From assembly GCF_036321535.1 (NCBI RefSeq), contig NC_087437.1, forward strand, positions 113,400,001 through 113,464,000: a stretch of 64,000 bases of DNA, in the 5' to 3' direction. A program made the translations under genes and the position numbers. The first letter of the stretch is position 1, and each line of letters begins with the position of its first letter. Shown here in pieces: positions 10,745 to 23,484 of the stretch. The notes under the pieces are model-generated. The model was not told the origin of the DNA, made no database searches, and saw only the letters and a program-made list of their open reading frames with translations. The stretch comes from Camelus dromedarius (taxonomy: Eukaryota).

Positions 10745-11336
10745 GTGGGCCTCATTGGAACCCGTGTTCACAGCTGGGTCATCCCTGCTCATGGACCATT
10801 CTAAAGCTCTTGGCTCCGGGGGTTGGGTTTTCTGTGGCGGTGGTACCTCTTCCCTGGCTGCACCTGTGGTGTGCCGCAGAAAACACAGTGCGATTAGAAA
10901 CTGCATTTAGGTGGCTTGGATTTCTGTGCTCTGCACCTGCAGTTTGGTGATCAGGGTCTGATGGCCGGAAATGAAGAGGGAGTGGGTGGATGTCACGTGG
11001 GGTGCCGTTTCTGAAGGAAGGTCAGGAGCGTGATGGCAGGCAGCAGCATCACGGGGTGCTGGGCCTGGAAGGGAACCTTCTAGGCCATCACCTTCATTTC
11101 AGGAGGGAGGGAACTAAGAGCCAGGTGAGGCCCTGCATCCCGGGATGAGAATAGTCCACCTGTGCTTTCCCCTGACTGTGCTGCTCCAAACTTTGAAGAT
11201 GGAAAGGTTAGGAGAACACTCAAGGGGAAGTTTCCATTTTTATGTCCTCTCAGAGAAAGGCACCCCCCAACCCCCACTGTATTCTCCTAACTCAAACAGT
11301 GCTTATCTGTGATACTCTCATTTTGAATTTTTCAAG

Positions 11337-11443
11337 GTACCCTAAGCTGGGGACCCAATACCCTGAATCCAACTCTGCAGGAAATGATGTATTTGCCAAA
11401 TTCTCGGCGTTTATAAAAAACACCAAGAAGGATACAAATGAGA
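11337..11443 (+). CDS. CLIC6: CLIC6 coding exon (exon 4, 107 nt): [35 protein letters not shown]
   Basis: Acceptor tttttcaag| (AAG type) and donor |gtgagt. Frame is continuous and the CLIC motif PES..AG.D.FAKFSA is present. Confidence 0.96.
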
Positions 11444-11972
11444 GTGAGTCCCTCCCATCTTCCTGTCTTCTGTTTTCTACACAGATCTCCACTCTGCCTC
11501 CGGTGTGGCTTCTTATAAGATCCTAGGAATTCTGACCCATTCACAGCGGGGAGGGACCTGTGTCTAGAAATAAGCAAAAAGCACCTCCAACATGGAGTCT
11601 GCATGTGGGTTATAAGAGATTGAGTGCTTCTTTTGGAGGTTGGGGGCTCAGAAAGCGACACTTTTTGGGGAAAATAATCACCACCAGGAGTTCCTAGTTG
11701 CACCAGGGGACTGTTTGAATGAAGCTTCTGCCAGTGCTTACTTGATTACATGCTTTCCATAAAGATTTTTGAATAAAATTGAATGAGTTCTAGAAGCAGC
11801 AGTGTTGTGTAGACAGAATTATTTTCCAGGGAGAAGTAAGTCCTTTATTCAGATCTTGTAAATCTCGCCTCTCCTTCCCAACTCTCCGGTGCTCCCTGGC
11901 CCTGTCTCAGGAAAGAAGGGCAAACTCCTTCATAATGCTTATCTTAGCCATTTCTTTGTCTTTCTGTTTCAG

Positions 11973-12154
11973 TTTATGAAAGGAACCTGTTAAAGGCCCT
12001 GAAGAAGCTGGATAATTACTTAAATAGCCCTCTGCCCGACGAAATTGATGCTTACAGCACCGAGGAAGTCGCTGTTTCTGGCAGGAAGTTCCTGGACGGG
12101 GACGAACTCACGCTGGCTGACTGTAACCTCTTACCCAAGCTCCACATTATTAAG
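11973..12154 (+). CDS. CLIC6: CLIC6 coding exon (exon 5, 182 nt): (I)[60 protein letters not shown]
   Basis: Acceptor tttctgtttcag| and donor AAG|gtctgt. Contains the CLIC hallmark [19 protein letters not shown] and ends in phase 0. Confidence 0.97.
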
Positions 12155-12746
12155 GTCTGTCATTCCTCCTACCTCGGGTGCTGAATACGTGAATGGGGCT
12201 TTGTTTCATTTTGTTTTGACTTGTGTTTTGGCCAGACAGCTTAACAATCTAAAATGCGGACTCTCGAATGAAAACTGTCTAGCTGGTTTCTGTTGGAAGC
12301 AGCTGAGTCCCAAGTGTCAGATCCAGGCATGATATTCTCGGGTGTTCTTCAGAGGTTCTCAAGAAGTGTCTGCGAACTTGGCTCCCATCCCTCCATCCTC
12401 CCTCCTTCTCTTTTCAAGTCTTCCCCCGCAGCCTGAAGAAAAACGGTATGAAAGCAGCTTGAGGGGGTCCGTGGGTTATACTTGGCAGTTTCCACTCAGG
12501 CTTGGAGATGGTGCGTGGAATCTGAGAGTATGTGAACCCAGCCAGTTGTTGGTGATGGCAGGGTAGGGGTAGCACTGTCTAGGGGCGAGAGGTGTGTCTT
12601 CTTGTCTCTTAGCATCGACCCCCTACAGCTGGGGAGCAGCTGACAGCTCCTTGGCTGGCCTTCTGCCAGACATGGCATCCTGTCTTCCCAGATGGTTGAA
12701 CGTGAACTAAGAGTCCCCAGGGTTAGGGCTGATGAGACTCCCTAGC

Positions 12747-12875
12747 CAGTGGTTCTCTAACATTAGTAGCTGTAAGAATTGCTTGGGGAGATTTTTAGAC
12801 GTGTGAATCCCTCGATCCAGCCCCTGACCTACTAAATCAGAACTTCTGGAGGTGATCTTGAGATTCCGAGGCACG
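12747..12875. mobile_element. MER5-like hAT fragment
   Basis: cagtggttctctaac...agaattgcttggggagattt...gacctactaaatcagaacttctggagg. Confidence 0.55.
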
Positions 12876-13049
12876 TGGCCCCACATGTGGACTCCTTAGT
12901 TTCAGCTGCTCCCAGTTGTGCCCCAGCCCCTCTCTTACTTACAGGTGCTAATTGTCATTATCATGATCACAAGGACTATTGTCATGTCCTTTGCCCTCAG
13001 TAGCCCCAGGAAGAAGCCCAACTCTTGTTCTGGGGTATCTTTTATTTTT

Positions 13050-13193
13050 AATTCTAAAAAAAATTTAAAAAAATTTTTGAGAGGCTAGGAGGTAATTAGG
13101 TGCTTTCATTTATTTAATGGAGGCACTGGGGATTGAACCCAGGACCTCATGCATGCTAAGCACACACTCTACCAACTGAACTATACCCACCCC
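13050..13193 (-). mobile_element. tRNA-Ala-derived SINE (Vic-1-like, camelid)
   Basis: The reverse strand reads gggtatagttcagttggtagagtgtgtgcttagcatgcatgaggtcctgggttcaatccccagtgcctcca plus the cctaattacc tail. Imperfect TSD ctgggg(t/gc)atcttt. Confidence 0.85.
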
Positions 13194-15953
13194 CTGGGGG
13201 CATCTTTATTTTTCAGATCCTACCAGGTCCAGAGCTAGGTCCTGGATTTAAGGATAAGGGAGATGAGAGAGAAGACACAGGGAAATACAAGTCAAGGACC
13301 CTGTGTTCTAATAAGACATTTAATTGGTGTTTAGAAATTTACTAGTTAGGTTTGTACAATCTGTGACACTGATGTCCTGGGGGTTGCTAGCCCCCTGGTT
13401 ACTCTGAGTCTTTCCCTTGCTTTTCCCTTCCTTCCCCACTCCATTGCAATCCTTGCCCCATTTATCTTCTCTCTTCTCTGTTGTACTCAATGGGTACCAA
13501 CTTACAATTCAAGCCTTCAACATGTTGCTGATCCTGCAAATGAACATTCTTTTCAATAATTCTGCCCAGACATCTAAAATTTAACGAAAGCATCTCACCT
13601 TCTCGAGCCTTCTACCTTGGTGATTACCAAAATTGGACATTAGGGAGTTGCTTTCCAACAAACATTTATGAAGTTGTGTTTTGTTTAGTCCCTTTACTGA
13701 ATGTATTCTAAACATTGCTAGGACTAGTGTACTATCACAGAAGCACATGGAGGTTAGGGAAGGCAAGAAAAATACATACATATATACATACAGCATTAAA
13801 TGCTACTTGTTTAGCCCCTATAAAAAAGACTATTTAAAATTTCAGTAGAACTTCAGAGTAAAATAAAGCAGTCCATGGTTCCAATATAAGACCTAACAGC
13901 AAAATCTTCAAAGCCATTTAGCACTCAAAATACTAAACAGCTTAATAATTTCCAGAAATGGAATACTTCTGAAAGGAAATGAGAATTAAAGGAATTTATG
14001 GTAAAAAGATGAGAGAATAGAAGAATTTATGATTTATTTCCCTTCCAGAAACCCAGAAAAAAATATGAAAAATAGAGCATTAACTTTACATTTTATAAAA
14101 CTATGAAAGGATGGATCATCAACTCAAAGACAAAGGAACATCCAGTGTGAGGATGTCTTCTGTGAGGACACAGCCTACGTGTGTTTCTCTGTATCTTTAG
14201 CAAGGTTCAGACGTCTCTAGAAGTAAATAACAAGAGTCCTGAAATGTCCAACTTGTTCGTTTGGGCCATGGGAGAGGTAGATCTCTGTGGAGACAGAGCT
14301 GAAGGAGGGACCATTCAGAAGTACCACCTTTATGCTCTGCCATCATCTCCTGACTCAGAGGAAGAGGGGGGGCAGGTGGAGTAGAGGAGAAATGAGTGGC
14401 GTTCTGCTTCATGACTGCTGAGCAGAGAAAAGGAACAAGCCTTGAACCAGTCAAAAGAGAGACTGTAAACTACCTGAGCTTTGTTTCTAGCCATGGTGAC
14501 CTCCTGCCCAATCTGTGAGCCTCATAGTGGAGGATACCCTCACCCTGACTCTCACCCTGGCCCCGGCACTAACTAGTGTGTCTCTGGGCAGGGTATTGAG
14601 CAGGTGTTTGAGAGTAAATATCCAAATTGGTCGACCAGCTGTTCTGTCTCACTCCCTTGGGCCTCTGTACTGTTTTTAAGTGAATGGTAGGTCCCATAGA
14701 TCCACCCATTAAATGATCATTAATAACCGGAAAGAATCCAGGTGGGGCCTCTATGTGGATAGAAATGATCAAAAAGGAGAGGGGAGAAAGCTTAAAGAGA
14801 AGGAACAAAAGAGGAAAAGGCAGTATCTGATAAATACTGCTCCAGTAAATGAAAGAACGTTCCAGACAGACACTTCTCTATGGCCTCAAAGAAATGAAAG
14901 AGAACATGAATCTTTGGAGAAAAAGCTCAAAGACAAGTCACAAGATGTCAGAAAATATAATGTCACAAGGAAGATGAAAATTAAGATGGCAGAACTAAAA
15001 AAACCTTACAGACAAAATAATTTCGGAAAGAACAGTTACATTAGAAGTAACAAGAAGTGGAAAAAGACATTGCAGAAATTCATCAGGAGTTTGGAGGATG
15101 GGCCTGAGAAAATCATCCCAAATCAAATGGAGAAGAAGCTAGAGGCAAAGGTGAGTAGAGGGGTCCCATATGTACATAATCAGGAACAAGAGAACAGGAA
15201 AGAAAAAAGAGAAAAAAAGAAGGCTCAGAGGGAAATTATTTTGAGCTAAATGGTGAACTTACATGCCATGATTGGAAGAATATTGCCCAGAACAATCAAT
15301 GACATCATCGGTAAATTACTGAACTTTGAGGATTTAAAAAAAAAAAAAAAAAAAAAAACCTTTGGGTGACCAGATGATGATGATGATGATTAGTAATAAT
15401 AATAAAAGGTGAACCACCTACACAAGGAAGATTCAGACTGGTTTCATACGTCTCTGACCGCATTAAAAACCAGAAAACAGTGGTTTAATAGTTACAGAGA
15501 ATTACAGGAAAGGATAGGTGATGGAAGAATTTTACGTCCAAGGAAACTGTTGTTTTCTACCTAGGCTTCTGGTCTCAATGAAATAAACACTCCTGAGCCA
15601 TTTTTTAAAAATAAAATTGCTATATGATGAAATCATAAAACATGCTAATAAAAGAAGAATCCAGGACCAGAGAAGGTGTGTGGTATAAAAGGATTGGTGG
15701 TAAACAGAGAACCCATTTAAATCTACAACCAAAAATAAGACTAAACAGCCTTGGGAATTATAGCTACAAGACCAAATCAGAATACAGTAAACTCGGATGT
15801 TTTATGCCATTGGAAGGGGGATCCGGGAGCAGAAATGGAAGAAAGTGTAGGTGTACTAATTTCTTTATTTGTCAGGGTTTCAGAGGTGAGTAGAGATCAT
15901 CGAAAGTTGATAAATCAGGAAATAAAGACTTTTTACTACTTAAAAAAGTTACA

Positions 15954-16094
15954 AGGGAGAAGGGTATAGCTCAGTGGTAGAGCACATACTTAGTATGCAC
16001 AAGGTCCTGGGTTCAATCCCCAGTACCTCCATTTAAATAAATAAATAAACCTAATTACCCACCCCCCTCCAAAAAAAAAAGGAAGAAAAAATTT
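15954..16094 (+). mobile_element. tRNA-Ala-derived SINE (Vic-1-like)
   Basis: A box tagctcagtgg, B box ggttcaatcc and tail aaataaataaacctaattacc. TSD aaaagttaca at 15944-15953 and 16095-16104. Confidence 0.92.
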
Positions 16095-16364
16095 AAAAGT
16101 TACATAGGAAACCGTGGGAAGAGTTAAAAAGGACCATGAACCTTCTAAACTACCAGAAAGGGAAACACACACAAATTCAAAAATAATTCACAGAAAGTTG
16201 GAAAGCAAAGTACTACATTCATAAAATGTGACACAAAAACAAATTTACATCTGTGAGAGGCATATATGTAACAAATTTACTCAGAAATGTTAAAATTAAA
16301 AGATGGGCAAAGTTAAACCAGGCAAATGCAAACAAGAGGAAAGCAGAATTCTTTACTTTATTGT

Positions 16365-16735
16365 TTCATTTAATTTTTTTTCCCCTGTTTAAATTGAAGC
16401 ATAGTTGATTTTCAATGTTGTGCTAGTTTTAGGTGTCCAGTAAAGTGATCCAGTTATATATGTGTTATTTTTATTCAGATTATTTTTCATTATAGGTTAT
16501 TACAAGATACTGAATATAGTTCCCTGTGCTACATAGTAAATCCTTGTTGTTTATCTATTTTATGTATAGTAGTCTGTATCAGTTAATCCCATACTCCTAA
16601 TTTATCCCTTCCTCTTTTTCCCCTCTGGTAACCATAAGTTTGTTTTCTATGCCTGTGAGTCTGTTTCTGTTTTGTACATAGATTCATTTATATTATTTTT
16701 TAGATTCCACATAGAAGTGATAGACAATATTTGTA
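16365..16735 (-). mobile_element. 5'-truncated L1 3' UTR
   Basis: Reverse of the L1 3' UTR (tgtgagtctgtttctgtttt, atagttccctgtgct). Degenerate TSD aaagcaga(a/c)ttctt at ~16340 and ~16738. Confidence 0.88.
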
Positions 16736-16994
16736 GAAAAGCAGACTTCTTAACATTAATATTAGTAAGATTGAATTCAAGCAAAAGATGTTAAACAATT
16801 TAGGAAGCTTTCTGGAAGGTTTATGGTCCTGTTTGGCTACATCAATGGCTTCTGGCCTCCAAAAATCAGAGAAATCAGTCACAAAGATCTTCTGTTTGGT
16901 GATAAATCCCATGTTCACATCATTCAGAACCCCAGGAACTGATGTGATGGGAGGTAACAAAGCAGAACTGGCCTTTGTAGCCCTGGGTCCCAGA

Positions 16995-17416
16995 TGTGGG
17001 ACGAATCATGTCCCCCCAAATTCGTATATTGAAGTCCTGACCGTTGGCATCTCAGAACGTGATCTTGTTTGGAAATAGGGTCTTTGCAGATGTAATTAGC
17101 TAAGATGAGGTCATGTTGGAGTAGGCTGGGTCCCCTAGCGTAGCATGACTGGTGTCCTTATAAAAGGGAAATTTTTGGACACAGAGACACCAACCCAGGG
17201 AAGATGCCAGGTGAGGACTGGAGTTGTGCTCCCACAAGCCAGAAGCCAGGAGAGACCAGAACAGCTGCTTCCCCAGAGCCCTCTGAGGGAGCACTGCCCT
17301 GCTGACACCTTCATCTTGGACTTTTGGCCTCTGGGACTGTGAGAGAATAAATTTCTGTTGTTCTAAGGCACCCAAGATTGCAGTACTTTGTCAAGGCAAC
17401 CCCAGGAAACTGACAC
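16995..17416 (+). mobile_element. MaLR solo LTR (MLT1B/C-like)
   Basis: tgtccccccaaattc...tttggaaatagggtctttgcagatgtaattagctaagatgaggtcat...ctgctgacaccttcatcttggacttttggcct...aataaatttctgttgtt. Confidence 0.88.
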
Positions 17417-18085
17417 CATCTCCAACAGTATACGCCCTCCTTTGTGACAGATTCCCCAAGGGATCATCTCACAACGTTGTGTTTTCATGGTGTTCACTCT
17501 CAGCTGCCCTGTCCACTGTTTCCATGAGGATAAGGATATTTTTTGTTTTCCCTGAATCTGTCCTCTGCACACACACGGTAGACCCACAATAAAATGATCC
17601 TCTCCGGGACACAATGGTGGAAATCTGCAGGAATAACATCCGCAGATATTTGGGATTCCAGGAGGTGAGGCTCAGCAAATAGGAAAAGGAGAAGGCACTT
17701 CGCAGTGATCCTGGCTCAGTTGAAACCGAAGATCCGTCATGAATGTTTAGGCACCAGATAGCACGGCAGCAGAACACAGGAGGGAAGACCACCGGAAACC
17801 CAAAGAGAAATCTGCCGGCGTTCAGGGCAGTTTCATGCCAGTGGCTCCTGAGGGTCGTCTGTGATAGATCAGTGGGCACGACTGCGCAGAGCCACTCTTT
17901 CGAGTCCCTTGCTCAGTACGCCTCACGCCAACTCAAAGTGCAATTCGGGGCAGCTGGATGGCTGTCGGAGGACATGGAAACTTGAGAAATAGAACACAAC
18001 ACACGCCTCAAAAGAATGGATTGTCTAATCTAATTGCCTACGTTAGTGGGTTTTCCCTTTCTGACTATTTCCTCTTCATTTTCAG

Positions 18086-18247
18086 ATCGTGGCCAAGAGA
18101 TACAGAGATTTTGAATTTCCTTCTGAAATGACTGGCATCTGGAGGTACTTGAACAATGCATATGCCAGGGATGAGTTCACAAACACGTGTCCAGCCGACC
18201 AGGAAATTGAACATGCATATTCAGATGTTGCAAAAAGGATGAAGTGA
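18086..18247 (+). CDS. CLIC6: CLIC6 terminal coding exon (exon 6 CDS, 162 nt): [53 protein letters not shown]
   Basis: Acceptor cctcttcattttcag| and TGA at 18245-18247. The C-terminus DVAKRMK is typical of CLIC6. The five exons total 687 nt with no internal stop. Confidence 0.97.
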   Translation: MVAKRYRDFEFPSEMTGIWRYLNNAYARDEFTNTCPADQEIEHAYSDVAKRMK

Positions 18248-20200
18248 AGCCGGGGTGTTTTCTGTCTTATTCCTCAGTTGTGTGAGCTCGACCATGAAAA
18301 GAGCTTGTCCTTTGTGTTTCCCTTCCAATAACCATCCTATGCAAAATAATGCCCATATTTTAACAACATCTATGTCATAGCATGATCCCCTCAACACCAA
18401 GTGACACATAGCCTTAGAATTGTCAACCCACCTGTGTATCTGAATGATACCTGTATCTGCTGTTATACACACCAGTCATCCAGTTTATGTTCGTTTATGT
18501 CTGTGACACTCACTGAAGCTTGTAATCTGTGATATTTAGGGCAGGTGTTTTGCAGGTTAAGTTTCAAAGCAAATAAGGCTTAGGTTCCGTTTCTCCTTTA
18601 TTTTTAAAACATGTCTCTCTTGACAGTTTTCATAATCAAGTATAGCCTATTTTTCTGCTCTAAATAGTAGTTGGATTTGTTGCAGAATGAAAATACTGTT
18701 TTTGTAATTACAAAATGATACACACTCATTTTAATTCTTTAAAACCATGTCAGAGGGTATGAAAAAGAAAGAAAGCACTCACTTAACAATCTCACTACAC
18801 TTAGATGACTGCTGACAACTTATGATGAACGTCGTCCAAATCTTCAGACTCTTGGCCTCACACACACAATCACACCACACACAATTTCACACCTGTGGGG
18901 TATTGTATTACTTTATTTTAAAGGACTGGTGAGGGGACCCTTTGGTAATGACTACAAAGTGTGATCACAGAGCTGGAGAGGACACTTGTGGTCAGATTTC
19001 ACAGGGGTGGAGAACTGTAGAGTCCACAGACCCACAGGGACAGGCAGGGACCAGCAGGGACCAGAAGCCGTGGAGGTTTTCCCCACCCACTGCCTTGTTC
19101 TGTCTTCACGATGCCACCACCCCTGGTGCCAGGGAAGGCACAGAGGAGAGTGTCCATCTATGTCTCTCCTTCCGGCTTCCTTTTGTGCGATCTTCTCCTG
19201 CTCCCCCACCCCTCACGGAGACCATGCCTCAGGAGGACTCTTAACATCAGTCGAATGTTGGAGGGTCTCCCTGCCCTGTGTTGAAATGTGAATCAAGCAC
19301 ACTTCGATTCCTTCCGACGGCCACGCTCTCTAAGACCCAGCACTGCACACCTTCGGCCATGATGTCGTGTGGGGCTCACCCAGTTCCTGCTGCTCCTCTA
19401 TCATGTCACTTCAAGGTCAAGCCAGGAAAATCCAGGGAGATTAAATTCATGGTGACTACTCTTGGGCAGTTCTGGTAAAAAGTCAAGTTGGGGAGGAAGT
19501 GGAAACTATTGACTCAAAAGAGTGTTCTGGTGCGTCTGTGGCTTCCTCTCCACCATCCCTGGAGTCAGCATCTCAGCAGCCTCTGTGTGTGGGCTGGAGC
19601 TGGCCTCCAACTCAAGGCACAGAGGGCGGAACGGGAGGATGTTTCCATCTTCATCAGGACCCGCAGGTTTGAGCATCATCTACCAGGCTGTGTCCTTTTG
19701 ACATGTGCACACCTTCCGGAAAACCCTCCTGTCCAGTTGGCTGCAGCATATGGTCAATGTTACATGCTTGTTAGAAAAAAGAAAAAGTATACATCTGTTC
19801 CTTGGGAGATGCGTTTGGAAGAGAGTAAAATGCGTTAACAGTTACTGTTCTGGGATTGAGTGAAAAGTGTAAGAGAAACAAACTCCTTGGTACAACGGCC
19901 ACTTTCTCTCCCCTCTTACAGGATGCCACGCTCTCACCTGGGGGCGGCTGACCCCAGCCGGCTGTGTGCTTTATTAGCATGTATTTTTGGAGGTAGCATA
20001 TGTCACTATTACTCATGGTTCACATCTATTTAGGAGTCAGGTTTTTTAGATGAGTTTTCTGATGTCACATTTAAACTTGGTAAATGAATTGGCTACCCGA
20101 TGGTATTAGCTCGAACTTCGTAGTTTTAGATGTTAAAGTGATCTATGTAAACTCCGTGTGCCTTAACAAAATAAACAAATTATAAAAATGGTTACGTGCA
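18248..20200 (+). other. CLIC6: CLIC6 3' UTR (approximate)
   Basis: Largely repeat-free sequence from the stop codon to the first AATAAA that has a U-rich downstream element. The end is inferred. Confidence 0.6.
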
Positions 20201-20278
20201 ACCAATATCTTTAATTTTTCTTCTTCTTCTTCTTTTTTTTTTTACTTTGCATTCCCCACTGAGATTTAAAGAAATAAA
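20170..20278 (+). terminator. Candidate CLIC6 polyadenylation signals (AATAAA at 20170-20175 and 20273-20278)
   Basis: The first AATAAA is followed about 35-70 nt later by a T/TC-rich tract (20208-20245). A second AATAAA lies about 100 nt downstream. Confidence 0.6.
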
Positions 20279-21029
20279 ATGTATGGAAATGGGCTTCCTT
20301 TAAAACAGTGAGAGCAACTTTGAGGCGGATATGATCAGTATTTGAATTAGAGATTATCTGTATTTGAATTGTGAACCACAAAGCCATTTTAATGGAAACT
20401 TAAAGAGGTCTGAAAGAACACATGTGCCCTGACCTTGTTCAGGGGGCTGAAATAGGGGCCCTGCAGACCGTCCCATTTTTAAATGTAGTTGTAGGAAAGT
20501 GGGCTGGTTCCTGGCAGCCTTCCCCTCCCAGAGCACCCCCACCACCCTGCACCCCCTTCACTGGCCCCTAAAAAGTTACTTATATGTGAGAAGGTGAGAA
20601 ATATTCCAGAGCTGTTAAGCTGGCTTTCAGTCTTTATTACAGTGTGGTTTTTGAAACAGAATGCATTTGTTCTTCCAAACATACCGCGCAGAAAGCAAAT
20701 ACAGACAAGCCATAAGAAGCCCTCCTTTGAGGCTGATTGTGGGAAAGTTCTCCGAGTGAGGGAATTCCATTCCGACTTCTGGTTGCCCAAGGGGCCAGAC
20801 AATTAGGGAAAAATAGCTTTACTCCTAAACATAGAATCTCCAAATGTAGGCTGAAAAAGAATGTATGAGTGTCATGAAGTTATACTTTCTGGACATGGTC
20901 CAGCAAACAGGGGTGGAATGGTAGAATTCAGCCCAGGAAAGGACTTTCAGAGACCAGATGTCTCCATAGATCATCTGTGATCTCGGAGACCAGCCCCAGG
21001 AATTGGATGTTTGCCCAAGCCCTCCCCCT

Positions 21030-21200
21030 CCAGACAGACAGACACAAATGCACACACTACACACATGCACACATCACACACATTCACACATACACAACAC
21101 AGTCACAAGCACTCTTTCACACAGGTACACACCCATTCACATCCACAAAGACACACACATATGCAATACACTCATGCACCCGTGTACCTACATATGTGTG

Positions 21201-21231
<31 letters not shown>
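21030..21231. repeat. CA-rich low-complexity region ending in pure (CA)n
   Basis: Read directly. Confidence 0.85.
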
Positions 21232-21234
<3 letters not shown>

Positions 21235-21629
21235 GCAGGGTGAGGTCTGGTCTCCCTTTCATCCCTGCTTTAATCACTGACCAGAAACATACTGCGCCTC
21301 AGTCCCCACTTCCATGGCTCATAATTAAGCTTTGGAAAAACTTTTAAAGAATCGTTTTTTTTTTTTTTAATAAGAATAACTCTAATCTTTCTTTTATATT
21401 ACAGCTAAGAGAACCAAAGTGTGCACCATCCTAAGAACATGAGAGTCACAAACTCCTGGGACATAAAAGGGCTAAGTCAGAGGGTGTTTGTTCACAGTGT
21501 AAAATGACTTCCCTTTCCACACAGTGGTTTAATTCTGAATTCTTCAATATGGCCAGTTTCCCTTCACACGTTTGATTTTGGGTTTAATATGTGGCCACAT
21601 TTCAGGGTGTCGGAAGACCAGACACATGT

Positions 21630-21732
21630 GGTGTCCCCCTGGCCCCCAGAACAGTGAGAATACATTTCTGTCTGTTGTTCAAGCCACCCCCTTTGTGGTG
21701 CTTTGTGACTGCCACCACAGGAAACTTACCTA
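21630..21732 (+). mobile_element. MLT1 LTR 3' fragment
   Basis: cccagaacagtgagaatacatttctg...caagccaccccctttgtggtgctttgtgactgccaccacaggaaact. Confidence 0.6.
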
Positions 21733-22659
21733 CGTGGTGAGGTTCGGGTCTCGGAATGGCTGAGTCACCTTGTCATTGCTTAGCAATAAGCCGCTCTAGA
21801 GCTGACCGCACAGCTCAAGAGAGGCGAGCTGGCTGGCAGGAGAGTCGGTGTCATGCTTCCAGCTGAGCAGGGACCGCCAGGTGCAGACTGCGCCCGGGTC
21901 TATTTGAGAGAGTTGACCATTTAACCGATAGGCACCACCTGTGGTCATTTGCGTTAGAGGACAGGTGACAAGACAGGAAACAGCTGAAAGCCCTGAGTTT
22001 TGGTCCTGCCCCTGTTGCTTCTGGATGGGAGGGGGGCGGTCTTTGGGAAGCTCAGCTAACTTCCCAGGGCCTCCATTCCTCATCTGCCAAACTCAGGGAT
22101 TGGATGATATAATCTTCCATGTCCTTTCCAACTATTAAACTGTAAACCCTGAGCCAATGAGGCAGTTAAGTACCAGTAATAATGCTTGGGAACAGACCCC
22201 CAGGCCAGATCAGCATCATGTTCCCCACAGCCCAAGTCCGGGTTTTGAGTTCAGACCCGTCTAGCTACCTGCTTTAAGGATTTTTGTGGATGTTTTGTAT
22301 TCTGGTGGAGCCACTCTCCAAATTTAGGATATCGATGCAGTCTGACTAAATTAGCCATAGCTAATCATCCGATCCTGTAATACAAAGGAAGGATGAGTCC
22401 CCCACAATGGGACCTTTTCTCAGAACACATTCTGCATGGTCAACAGACCTCTACCAACCCAAGCAGCCAGGTGCAGAGGTCGTGGGAGCCTTTCCCGGCA
22501 CCACCGCCCCCTCCATGCGGTAGTCTGCTTTGCCCATGTGTCAAACAAGCCCGGACTTTGAATGTTCACCTTGACAGGGAAAAGCGGGAACAGGACACAT
22601 GGATAAGGAGAAATGAAAACTTGGGCCCATTTTCTCTCTGCAGGTTCCAGGATGATGGA

Positions 22660-22840
22660 GAGTCGTCCTTGATACCCATGGAGGGGTTGGTTCCAGGACC
22701 CCTGCAGATACCAAAACCCCGGATGCTCTAGTCCCTTCTGTAAAAATGGCCTCACAGAGTCAGCCTTCCATGTCCAAGGGTTCAACATCTGTGGACTCAG
22801 CCAACCAGGAATTGAACCTCCAGATCCAGAGGGCCAACTG
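22660..22840 (+). mobile_element. MER2-like TcMar-Tigger DNA transposon (internally deleted)
   Basis: agtcgtcctt...ttggttccaggacccctgcagataccaaaaccccggatgctctagtccctt...gagggccaactg followed by TA. Confidence 0.75.
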
Positions 22841-23484
22841 TATCAGTTTTCTCTGCTGCTTAACAAATGACCATGATCTTAGGGGCTTAACTCAACTCAT
22901 TTATCATCTCACTGTTTCCGTGGGTCAGGAGTCCAGGTACGGCACAGCTGGGTTCTTTGCTCAGGGTCTCACAGGCTGAACTCAAGATGTCAGCGAGGCT
23001 GTGATTCTCCTCTGAGGCTCAGGGTTCACTTCTAAGCTGATTGATTGTTGTCAGAATTCAGTTCCTTGAGGTTATAAGACTGAGGCCCTCTGCCACGTGG
23101 CTCTCTCTTTAAGGTTTGCTTCTTCAAGGCCAACAGAAGAATGTTCCTGCTGCTTTAAATCTCTGACTTCCATCCCAGTCCCTCTTTTAAGGGACTCATC
23201 TGATTAGGGCAGGCCCACCCAGGATACTCTCCTTTGGGATTAAAGTCAAGTGATGAAGTCAGGCCCATGTGGACAGGATAACGTCCCTAATTAAAGTCCA
23301 TTGACCAAGGACTCTAGTGACAAATGCAAAATGCCATCATCTTTGCCATATAATGTAACTCAGTCACAGGGATGGTATTCCATCATATCTGAGGTCCTGT
23401 CCCCCCTCAAGGTTGGGGGGTTATCTAGGGTGTGTACACCAGAGTCTAGGGATCTGAGGGGCCATCCTCAGATCCTCCTGTCAC
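22841..23484 (-). mobile_element. MaLR LTR (older MLT1 subfamily)
   Basis: catttatcatctcactgtttccgtgggtcaggagtccagg...ggctgaactcaagatgtcagc...cttttaagggactcatctgattagggcaggcccacccaggata. Confidence 0.75.

Larger units (their letters stand above)
14713..16790 (+). mobile_element. Highly decayed L1M with ORF1 and ORF2-endonuclease remnants, interrupted by a SINE and a younger L1
   Basis: 15469-15555 translates TRKQWFNSYRELQER...RILRPRKLLF, resembling the L1 ORF1 C-terminal RRQW..RILYPAKL. ~16292-16345 translates KIKRWAKLNQANANKRKA, resembling ORF2 EN KIKGWRKIYQAN..KKA. Boundaries approximate. Confidence 0.65.

Noticed and set aside
10668..11526. ORF-track entries starting MTFDGEV… and MSSQRKA… as stand-alone genes
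   Set aside because: They are CLIC6 exons 3 and 4 read through into intron. The spliced model explains them.
14713..15249. 178-aa Lys/Glu-rich ORF in CLIC6 intron 5
   Set aside because: A-rich sequence just upstream of L1 ORF1 C-terminal remnants. It is best explained as decayed L1 ORF1 region, not a nested gene.
9975..18247. Assignment to CLIC4/CLIC5, or to a processed pseudogene
   Set aside because: [34 protein letters not shown] and DVAKRMK fit CLIC6. Introns are present and the reading frame is intact.
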